From: Isurus oxyrinchus
Lineage: Eukaryota
Length of the DNA: 64,000 nt
Direction: 5' to 3'
NCBI GenBank assembly: GCA_026770705.1
Contig: JANJGN010000026.1
Coordinates: 34,472,001 to 34,536,000, forward strand
Below the pieces are notes generated by a model, which was given only the letters and a program-made list of their open reading frames with translations, had not been told where the DNA came from and did no database searches. Position numbers and translations under genes: made by a program. Shown one piece after another: positions 53,201 to 63,339 of this stretch (positions are counted from its first letter, which is position 1; the number at the start of each line of letters is the position of its first letter).

Positions 53201-53349
53201 TCTCTGAATAGGAGATTATGGTTCTGTTATCAGAACAACATTAACTATTACACATCACTGTCCCTTCTCAAAGATTAACTCTGTTAAAGGACAAAAATTC
53301 GCTTGAATGCCTATTTTCTTATTATTCTCGAGTACACAGACGTAATTGT

Positions 53350-53525
53350 TCAGTAGCTGAGTATCTTCAAGGACGGTGCCGATAGATTTGTCAATATTAA
53401 GGAAAATAAGGGATTTGAGGATATTGCAGGAAGGTGGATATGAAGTAACTCCACCATGATCTTATTGAATGGCGGAGCAGGACCAAATGATCAACTTGAG
53501 CTTCTATTCTTATTCTCTTATATTC
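53350..53525 (+). mobile_element. CR1 3' tail
   Basis: catgatcttattgaatggcggagcagg. Confidence 0.65.
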
Positions 53526-53793
53526 TTCAATCCAGTTAGTTTGTTGTCAGAACAATTTCTAGTGATTCCATGCAGCTTACTCTGATGTCATGGATTGGAG
53601 CGCAAAGAAAGTGTGAGCTGATTGGATGAAATGTAGTACAAAGGAGCTTTGGGCTGATTGGGTGTCACCTGGCTCTGTCAGGAAAGAACCAATCAGTAGC
53701 GCGGCCGGATATTACTCAGCATCTTATCAACTCTCAATTAAAACAGTTCGTCTTTAACTCATTGTGTTCAAATCCATCAGCAGCTCTGTAAGC

Positions 53794-54321
53794 ATGTTGG
53801 GTGTTACCTTTTCCTCATTCTTTACAGCTGTAGCTCTCTTAAATGGTAAGTTCCCAAGTTGCACAAGTTTCACTTTGCTCGTGACACTGTCAAATTAATC
53901 TCCCCTTTAATTGTGTTTTCTCTCTACTTACAATCTATTTCTACAGTTACCTTGATATTATCGTTCATAATAAAGTAACAAAAAGCTTAAGTTCTGTATT
54001 TCTTTATTTTGCAGCTGTTAATGCTGCAGACACGATCTCACAGGAGCCGGTTACAGCTGCAAAGTTTGAAGCAGACTCGGTGACCATTAATTACAGCTAT
54101 TCAACCATTGCTGATTCATACTCTTTACAACTGTACCGTCAGGATCGGGGTGAAGCCCCTACAATCTTAATCTACATCCCTAAGTATGGAGATGTTTTCA
54201 GAGCAGAAGGCATGGGGACTCGACTTTCTGCCTCTCTTGACTCTTCGAAAAGTGAAGGGAATTTTACCATCCGTGACCTGCGGCTGTCTGACAGTGCCGT
54301 GTATTACTGCGGGCTGAGAGA
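53794..54321 (+). CDS. V segment, family N, open but C23Y and W41L (leader 53794-53845, exon 54015-54321)
   Basis: DTISQEP..TINYSY..LQLYRQ..DSAVYYCGLRD; RSS CACAGTG-23-ACAAGGACA. Confidence 0.75.
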
Positions 54322-55418
54322 CACAGTGGCAGGAACCGGAGGGAGCCCCGTACAAGGACACTGCCGCAATGTGGCAAGGTGAACGGAATAGGGGGGAGCG
54401 GGGGTCAGAGTGGGAAGAAACTGAAATGAAAGACCAGAATGTGCTAAATTCAAATAACATCAGATAAGCAACAAGCTGAAAGCATCAGGTGCAGGATCGG
54501 GGAAGGGTTCCTCTGTTCCATTAACGTTGAATATATTGTGAACATAATTCAAAAATGCGTTTACAGAATCCCTACCATTTTAAATTAAAGGTATTGCAAC
54601 AGAGAAGCTGACCCAAATATTTGACATTGTTTTTCATCCGTTAAAGTGCATACACACTACAAACAAATAGAGCAGGAAGTATATAACAATGCGGGTCACG
54701 CAGGTGAAAATATAAAGCCTTTGTATTTACATAAAGCTTTATCCAGTGTTCAGATTTCCTCAAAGCGCTTTCTTATACTGTTTTTAATCAGGTTTTTACA
54801 CTCAGTAGGTTTTCTGGTCATCTGTTGCTGTTCCTCGAACACACCAAGCCTGTGTTTACAGATTATTTACTTTATTAATCATTGTTCAGCATCGTCGAAT
54901 CATGTCCTGACAATCACCCCTAAGAGCCTGTTTAATTTGTGTGTTATTTGTTTAAACCTGTGTAAGTGAGAGGTGTTTCATCAGCTTATTATAATTATTA
55001 GAAGTTTCCTCTCCTGGCGGGATTTGGTTTACTTTATAGACTGATATTTCAAACAAAACATTATCTGTTCATTGGCCGTGAGTTCTTTCAGAAGTAGCGG
55101 CAGACGGATATGTCAAGTCCAGGCCAACTGCAGGGTGTTGTATTCTCAATGGGAACGGTGAGTTCCCAGGTTTCCCCAAATAAACAGCAGGATTCTGCGC
55201 CCACACAGTTAACGGAATAATCAGACTGAATCAATGTTCAATGTGATTGATTTTAGATGGTGTTTACGTGGATTGTGCTTGGGGTCTGCGCACATAGGAA
55301 TGAATTCAGGTGTCAGTGTCTTATCCGCTGTTAAAAACAGGCTTCAGCAGACAACAGCTGTGACCCAGAATGCGGCAGCAGTTATCGCACGAGGTTTCCA
55401 CTCGTTCCCATCACTGTG

Positions 55419-55718
55419 AGACTCTGTGCAGAGTAATAGACCGTGGTATCAGACAGCCGCAGCTCCGGGATAGTCAATCGATTCAAATTGTCTGACTGCT
55501 GGACTGTATCAGAAAACCGGCTCTGAGCGAAATCCGCCTTAAATTCAGAACCGCCGCCCGTCTGCCTCCGGCCTGCAAACTCCAGCTGTGTGCCTGGGTA
55601 TGGACGCCATAAGTATAAGTAATGACCATCGTCGGTATAGGTGCAGGTTAAAGTGACACCTTCTCCCTCTGTGTGAGTGAGGATTCCCGCTGAGTCACAG
55701 AATCTCCATCGCTCAGAT
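55419..55718 (-). pseudogene. V pseudogene, family C
   Basis: FR1 frameshift; LTCTY..KADFAQSRFS..DTTVYYSAQS; RSS CACAGTG-23-GCGATAACT. Confidence 0.85.
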
Positions 55719-56467
55719 CTGAAACACACAGTTAAAGAAAACAGGACTAGGACCGTTTTCAGTTTGGATCCTGTCATTCCCTTTATTTTTTATATCCCAC
55801 TCCTACCTGTTAAATTATGCTCACTTTAATCATTATGAAAACACAGAGATCCTCGTACAATTCGGTCTCTTACACGTCCACTCAAAGAAAGGATGTAAAT
55901 ATGACTCCTGATTCACACCTATATGATATACTGTGGGATTTAAATACAGTTGCTTCTATTTTAAACTTCCTTCAGATCTGAGGTTATTATATTTTGCCTA
56001 TTATAACTTTTCGCACTAATGGAAAACTTCATTTGAGGAACTCGTTGAAATGGGAGACTGGGAAGAATTGGATGTTCTACACTGTGCACTTTCCTGGACC
56101 AGGGTAGAATGAGAGAGAGACTCAGCGGTAGAAAGGGAGAGAGAGAGAGAGAGAGGGAGGAGAGATTGACTCACAGAGAGACCAGACGATTGAGGCAGAC
56201 ATCTGGACGATGGGGGAGCCATTGACATCGAGAAAAACAGACACGAAGAGACACAGAAACTGCCAGATAAAGCATTAGGGCTCCAACTAACACTTATTGG
56301 TGCCCAACTGCTGCCGGCTGTGAGAAATCCACCAATCATGTCCTTGGGAAATGTCCCTCAGGTTCCCAATAAATGAAGCCTCTCCATGATCTGTCTTTCA
56401 TCTTTCGTTGCAGGTCAGAAGTGCTGTTTAAATTATGTTATTTCCGTCGAATTCTAAACCACGAACC

Positions 56468-56833
56468 ATGTTCTCGCGCTGCTTGTTACTAATAATGTTG
56501 GTATTACTGACCGGTGAGTCAATGTCTAAATAGTTAGTGTCTGTCCATGGGTCATATTCATACCCAGACATTTGATACATACTGTTCTCTGTTGCAGGAG
56601 CCAATAGCAAAGGTGAAGTGTCCCAGGGTCCCTCTGATTAACGGTTCTGGAAGGGCAGGCCATAATACTGAACTGCAGTTACTCTGCAACTGCTGTTCGA
56701 ACTCTGTTCTGGTACATCAGGATTTCCCAGACAGGTTTTCTGCTGTTTTGCACGAAGGAAACAAAACAGTTCCTTTAAATATCGCCGGGACTCTTCTCTC
56801 CGACACCGTTGTCTATTTCTGTGCCATTGAGCC
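56468..56833 (+). pseudogene. V pseudogene, family A (internal deletion)
   Basis: Good leader and donor; FR2-CDR2 deleted; DTVVYFCAIEP; RSS AATAGCG-24-ACACAAACC. Confidence 0.85.
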
Positions 56834-57240
56834 AATAGCGGTGCAGAGAGAGCGCGGGTTCCGTACACAAACCCTCGATGAGAGTTTGTTATTGTACAGC
56901 AGAGGGCGCACACACGGCAATAAACAGAAGCAACAGCTCAGCCTGTGAGTGTCACAGAGTTATTAATAAAGTATCAAAACAAAACAAGACACTCAATAAG
57001 AACAGTTGAGGAGCAAGTGAGGAATTATATTGATTGATTTTAACTGGCAAGTATACTAAAAGATGCATTCACAAATTAATTTGTGGTGCGTTAACTCACA
57101 TTTTGCCAATAAATAATTTTTCCTTGCCTGTCAGAATTATTTTGCAGGCTTTCTACATCTCCAGTCTCCGTTCCTCGGTGCATTTCAAAGCTGACACATA
57201 TTGCCTATTTGATCAGAGTATATTCAGTCATGGCGCAGCT

Positions 57241-57322
57241 GGTAACGTGGCCGAGCGGTCTAAGTCGCTGGATTAAGGCTCCAGTCTCTTCGGGAGCGTG
57301 GGTTCGAATCCCATCGCTGTCA
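57241..57322 (+). tRNA. trnL-AAG: tRNA-Leu(AAG), possibly a pseudogene
   Basis: Close to vertebrate tRNA-Leu-AAG: A box TGGCCGAGCGG, anticodon loop TTAAGGC, long variable arm, GGTTCGAATCC; acceptor-stem mismatch; TTTT at 57335. Confidence 0.85.
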
Positions 57323-57345
57323 CTCACACTCAGCTTTTATTGCAA

Positions 57346-57625
57346 AGCCTCAGAGTAAAGGGAAGAACAGAGATGTGGAGAAATCTCTTCAGCCAGGTAG
57401 TGGTGAATCTGGAATTCATTGCCGCAGAAGTCTGTGGAGGCCAAGTCATTTAGTGTATTTAATACCGAGATAGATCGGTTCCTGATTGGTAAGGGGTTCA
57501 AAGATTGCGGGGAGAAGGCGGGAGAATCAGGTTGAGAAACTTATCAGACATGATTGAATGACGGAGCAGACTCAACGGGCGAAATGGCCTACTTTCTGCT
57601 ATGTCATATGGTCTTATGGTCTTAT
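57346..57625 (+). mobile_element. CR1 3' fragment fused to tRNA-Leu
   Basis: agcctcagagtaaaggg..ttcagccag..ggcctactttctgct..ggtcttatggtcttat. Confidence 0.8.
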
Positions 57626-58084
57626 ATTGCTGCTTCAGGGCGGTATATGGAAAATGAACACATTTCACAATGAATGCGCCCTTTAAAACAAGTCCCGAGC
57701 ACAGAGCTCCCTCAGTGCTCATTGTTGCTTTTCAGTAGCTGTTTAATCCTTTCTGTCACCATTCACAAATTAGTGTTTCTACTTTTCATACCAAGGCTGG
57801 GGGATGCGTTGCCCTCCCCCCACCCCACTCACCCACCCATCCACATCCACCCGCTCCTCCCCATCCCCCCAATCCCGTCCCAAACCTTGTAACCATCTCC
57901 GTTGTAAGGACATTGATTATAGCCCCGCCCGGGCTGTTTCAATTCACAGAGAGCCTACAGGTCTTAAAGCACCACAGTGCTTTAAGTGAGGTGGGAGGAC
58001 CCTGCGAATGAAGGGGAATTCTTGAGGGTGCAAATTAGAACGAAGTTGCTCTCATCTCAACTTCCCTTTTACAGAGCGGACAAC

Positions 58085-58380
58085 GGCAAAGCAGTCACCC
58101 AGCATCTCGGTTGTATGGGGCGGCGGCAGGACCAATTCTGACAGATTGAAATAAACACATTTCATCTCATTTACAGAACACGGTTTGAATCTGAAATTTT
58201 GAACACAGTCCTGCTTGATTATTTCCTGTGTGAATACATATTTCATTTCGGAGCCATGGAGAGTCTGTCACTTAGATATAGTCCTCGAATGTTAAGAAAA
58301 AAGGAGATGCAGCTGCTTTAATTTTCACCTACTGATAGTATATGGAAGGACTTCTTTTTTCTTGTATTGCCTTAACCAGA
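58085..58380 (+). pseudogene. V relic, family C
   Basis: Paralog of 3766-4105; gagccatggagagtctgtcac. Confidence 0.6.
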
Positions 58381-58891
58381 TCGGGCTGTATTCACAGAGG
58401 CGGTCTTGCTCCTATCTGCAGACAATCGGTGAGACAGAGAACAGCAAGGGTACGGTTCAGGCAGTCAACCCTCCCAGAGCGGAGAAAGTGGAGTCAAGGA
58501 GTTGATCAGAAGCAGGACTGAGAACCGGAGTTTATGATGGAAAGGATCTCCACTCCCGTACTTTAGGCTGTGCCTGGGAGCTCCTGTCTGTGGAGTTTGT
58601 ATCGAATCTCGGGCAGGTGCAGCCACAATGTTCAGCGGCGCTGTCAGCCGCTCAAACACACACCGAGAGGAAACCACATTCACTTCAGATCAAACTGTCA
58701 CTAATTGCTTCCAGCAGCGGCCGAGAAAACAAACCGCAGAATCTGATCCGACCCACAGATCCATCGCCAAATGAATCTACAAGGTAAACTGCCCTTCCTG
58801 TTTCTGATCAGCTGCTAATTCCCTTAAAGACAGGGCTCGATGTTCAGATCAGCTCCGGGAAGGATGTTTACGATTCTCGAACCTGACTGGC

Positions 58892-59010
58892 TGACGTCAA
58901 GTAGGCTGCGGACTGACGTCACACAAACTGTAGAGTGACGTCGCACAGACCGCCGACTGACGTCACTCAGACTCTCGACTGGCGTGATAGATGTCCGCAT
59001 TCTGACGTCA
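58892..59010. promoter_or_regulatory. 22-bp phased CRE array upstream of the family E V
   Basis: TGACGTCA-like motifs at 58892, 58914, 58936, 58958, 58980 and 59003. Confidence 0.75.
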
Positions 59011-59230
59011 CACAGACGGGTGCTCAGACGCATGCGCATTCCTGTCCACCAAACCACATCCTGTTGAAGCTCCCGAAAAGCTTCACTTTGTGATCACAAT
59101 TCCCAGACACCCCGGTCTGACCGACACTGTGTAGGACTCAGTTTGATCTCCAGCAGCACTGCCGGAGAAGGAGTATCTCTTGCCCTGAGGTCTGCTGACA
59201 GCTGTTTCCCAATAATCGATAGGACCCGAC

Positions 59231-59744
59231 GTGCCACTGAGCTTCACTTTAGTGATTTTCTCCCTGGGTTTCTTATATTTACCTCCGTGTGAGTATGATC
59301 GCTATTCCTGGCAGGATTATCTCACGATTCAGGTCCGTTAGGCTAAATTGCACTTTGTTTTATTGTATTCTCTTGTACTACGCATAAAGGTGTTCTTTAT
59401 TGTGCTGTATTATATTCCATTGCGCTATATGGTATTAATTTTATGAAATTGCGGTATATCCACACATTCTTCTCAGATGCAAGGGGCAGTGAAGAGGTAT
59501 CACGGCCTCCTGAGTTAGTAATTCTTACCGAGGGAGATACTGCATCCTTGACCTGTTCCACTACAATAGGAGGAGGATCCCTACACTTCTACAGGCAATA
59601 ACTGGACCGAACTGTGCAGCACCTGGCGAGTGGTACCGGTGATCAGGATAGGATCACGGCTCATTTCAGCAGAGAAAAGCAGCACTCTCAATGTTAGCGA
59701 CACTCAAGTGACAGGCACCGCCAACTATTTCTGTGCAATGGAAA
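59231..59744 (+). pseudogene. V pseudogene, family E
   Basis: GTG start; EEVSRPPE..LTC..FYRQ*; GTANYFCAME; RSS CAGAGTG-23-ACAAAACCC. Confidence 0.85.
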
Positions 59745-59993
59745 CAGAGTGTATTCAAGACCATTCAGGACCGTACAAAACCCGCCAGGGCGATCCGGAA
59801 AGTATGCAACCCGTGCAGTTATCAGGGAGCTGAGCGTTTTACACCACTCTCCCTTGGCCTTTTTACACCACTTTCCCTCGGCTACCGAATAAGTGAAACC
59901 TTTCTCTCATTTGGGTTTACTCTTTAATATCAGAGAAGGGTCAAATGCTTTTTAAAATTCCGTTAATTTCTGTGCAAGTCTGAATCAGACAAC

Positions 59994-60360
59994 ATGTTCT
60001 CCCCATGGTGCTTTCCGATAATACCCACGGTGCTGTTCGCTGTGTCTATATTTAAAGGACCGTTGTCTAGTTCATGTGTTAAATCCAATTCCAGACCTTG
60101 ACATGTTTTGCTGCAGGAACGAGTGACACACAGTGAATGTCCCAGGGTCCATCGGATTTGAAGTCCTTGGAAGAACAGTCAGTAATGTTAATCTACAATC
60201 ACCACACATACGATGCCTTTCTCTGCCTCTAGGCAGATCAGTATCCCGGGTAGGTTCTGAGATATTTACTGAGGAGACGTAGGCCGAGATATTGAGATAA
60301 TTCTCAAGATTTCCTGAACCAGCTCTCTGTTGATTTGATCAAGGACAAAGACAGCAATGC
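59994..60360 (+). pseudogene. V pseudogene, family A, 3'-truncated
   Basis: Paralog of 5974; QYPG..RYLL..DFLN remnants. Confidence 0.75.
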
Positions 60361-60514
60361 AAATGTTTGATAAAAAAAAACCTGACAAACTTTATTCTCT
60401 GTGCGCCTGGGATCAAACTAACCCCTCTGATAAAAGCACCTAAGAAGACTGCGTGCAAAAAACTCGAGGAGGTTTTTGTTTTCTACGGGGTCTTGGCTTT
60501 TATGCGACGGTGTG

Positions 60515-60987
60515 CCTCACTACACGGTAATAGACCGCCTCGTCCCCCACACTGAGGCTGCTTATTTTGAGGTAGCCATTCTTCTTAGACTGGTCAGCAG
60601 CCAACAGATGTTGTGCTGATATTTTGTCTTCGTTGAATGCTGCCACTTTGGTAATTATCCAGCTTGGAGGTTGTGCCTGTTTCTGCTGATTCCATTGCAC
60701 GTTGTCTATAACCTACTCTGTATATTCGCAATCGAACTGCACAGAGGCCCCTTCTAACACGGTTAATGCCACCGGTGACTGAGTTACTGGATCTGCAAAT
60801 AGTTCGCCTGTGAACGCAGAGGAACAAAAGAGCAGGAAGTTAAACAGGATCGATCAAAACCTGTGTCTATCTGTATGAATGTGCTTAAATTCCAAACTAC
60901 CAAGCTTGCATCAATCTACTAAACTGTCTTGATGAACCTAATTCTAGACTTACTGTCCAACAACGCGGCCAGTATTATCAGAAACAT
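60515..60987 (-). pseudogene. V pseudogene, family D
   Basis: Leader MFLIILAALLD; DPVTQSP..FDCEYTE*; DEAVYYRVVR; heptamer CACACCG. Confidence 0.85.
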
Positions 60988-62225
60988 GTCTGAGTGAATA
61001 TCTCTCAGTCAATGGGAAGGGAATGAGCCAGATATTGAGGAGAGAGGGGACCCGGGCTCTGTTCAGCTCATTGTTCCACCCACACACTGCAGGGGGCCAG
61101 GCCCATTGTGGCCTCACTCAGGATACGATTCCGAATAGTGCGTCTCATGCAACTTTCTAAAGAATGTGCTTGGTCTTGGCGTCCCCTGCTGGTGGATTCT
61201 GTTCAATCCGGTTTAGAATGGGGTCATCAGGTAGACTTAATATAGTCACATATGTGAATAGACTAGTTAAACTGGGGTTGTTCTTATTATATCTTTCTAT
61301 TGAATCCTCGACCTGGAGGCAGGTCCGATCCACTGCACCACCGCGGGTAGAACAAGGAGGTAGGCCCCAAATCCACCCCAGCTGGAACAGGAATTGAACA
61401 CCGTCCTGGCCTTCAAACTTGCTGAGCCAACAGTCCGCCCTCCTTCCAAGGATTCAGAAGAGGGTAAGATACCCATTGGCCACAAGACCGCCTTAAATCA
61501 AAGGAGGTAAGGGAGAGACTGAACTGAGGTTTTCAGATTTATGTGGGTTTGTTAGTGTAGATCGTGCATAACTGTTTCCAATTGCGGAACATTGGATATC
61601 ACAAGGGGCCCGATTTAGAGGGAAAAGCAGCTAGGGAAAGATTCGATTAATTTATCACACTGCGATTTGTTAAACTCTGGAAGGCAGAGCCCAATAGTAT
61701 GGTGGAAGAAGATTCAACACCATACTTAAGAAGGAAATTGTATATAACTAGAAAGGGAAAATGCCAGGCTCTGTAGAAAATGTGGGCATTGAAAGCCGAA
61801 CCGAAAAATCATTTGAAAGTGTCTCAGACATCACAGGCCGAGTGGCCTCATTCGGTGCTCTAAGATTCCATGTTTCTAGTGCCTCCCTGTCCCTCCCACT
61901 CTTCTTGTTCTCAATCATTTGAACAGTAAACAGGTGCAGGATGGTCAGAGAGTTCTGAAGCTTCGACCGTTGCTATTTCCACTCCATCAGTTCCCAGTGC
62001 GGCTGAGAGTAACTGCACACTTCACTCAATATTCAGTCTGCGGTATCCCCTCCCACAGCTTCCGTTTGCTGCTCTCGCTCTTAACCGATTGTGTTATTGG
62101 AGAGATTGCTGCAGCTGGTCCAATCCTGTCATTGGCTTGATCAGCAGTGCAGTGGGATGGGTATATGTATTTCTGCTCCGACAGAGGATTTCTCGCACTG
62201 CAGAGTTACAGACCAAGGAAATGCC

Positions 62226-62727
62226 ATGGGAAAACATCTCGCTCCACTCCTCATCATTATCTCACTTCTCAGTAAGTATTTCCATCCCAGTAAAACTCCG
62301 TTCTCCTTCTGACTTCTGCAATCCAGATGCTATTGTTGGTAAAATAATAGTGATGGCGGCGATGATGATTATGTTAATCAATAGGAAGCTGATGCTGATT
62401 GTCATCATTATTATTTGTGTTAGAATGGGGTCACCAAGATACAGTGGAACAGCCGATTCCTGGAATAACGTTTGAAGAGGAAAGCAATGTCACATTAACC
62501 TACTCCTTGAAAACAAGTGATTCTAACCTCTGTGTAAACTGGTACAGCCAGCGCACCGAGAAACCTCCAATGTACCTGTTTCGTCTTATTGTCGAGAATG
62601 TGCACAGGAATAACGGCATCAATGGTCGATTTTATTCTATGTCTAAAAAAAAAATCAAGATTACCAAGCTAACGATCAATAACACACTGATCCCCGACAG
62701 CGCCGTGTATTCCTGTGCCAGGGACTC
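62226..62727 (+). CDS. V segment, family B, open but C23Y (leader 62226-62271, exon 62424-62727)
   Basis: MGKHLAPLLIIISLL; QDTVEQ..LTYSL..NLCVNWYSQ..DSAVYSCARD; RSS CACACTG-24-ATTAAAACC. Confidence 0.75.
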
Positions 62728-63339
62728 CACACTGTCGCAAAGATATAGGGAATTCCACATTAAAACCAGTATTGGCAGTTCCAACCAATGCTCACCAGGG
62801 GGCGCGCACGCACCGGTAATTCAGTTTTCACGGTGAGGGCGACAGGGAGACTCTTAAAATTACAACAAAACACAACACTCAATAACAGGAACGGGCCAGG
62901 CCACTTTCACAGTCATCTTAGTTTATGATTGCACATGTCATTTATAATAGATTCACCAATTGTTCTGTGATGTCTTAACTCCTCTTCGCTTTCAACGCCT
63001 TTCCCTACCTATGTATTCATGACCACCCTTCTTTTTACTCATTTCTGAAAACTGTGCACATTTCCTTTTCCAGTCTTTAATTTAAACGTTTGCAGCTTTT
63101 TCTGCTCCCTTGTGCATTAATTCAGAAGAACTCCAACCCGGATGCTCATGTACTCAGGTTTGCATTCAATCCACATCACACTATTGGAAAATTTACTAAT
63201 TCTGACACTCCTGTTGTGAGCCTGCTGGCCTGCAATATTGGACGAAGGTTAAACTACCGCAGTTGTTACAGAGAGGCAAAGGTATATAATTTTCGAATTG
63301 TGATGATTATTAAGCTCAGTTTCTTGTAGATAAATCCTA

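Noticed and set aside
58892-59010. CRISPR-like repeat-spacer appearance
   Set aside because: Repeats are only 8 bp, the context is a vertebrate promoter and there are no cas genes; a transcription-factor site array fits better
4475-60135. Isolated CACAGTG heptamers (about 4475, 20922, 26652, 37204, 57973, 60129) as D or J RSSs
   Set aside because: No nonamer at 12 or 23 spacing, and no FGxG J motif with a splice donor
2534-62727. NAR-TCR V, IgH-like V or germline-joined V(D)J
   Set aside because: No V shows clear IgH or NAR framework motifs by eye and none is fused to a J; a phylogeny would be needed to exclude this fully
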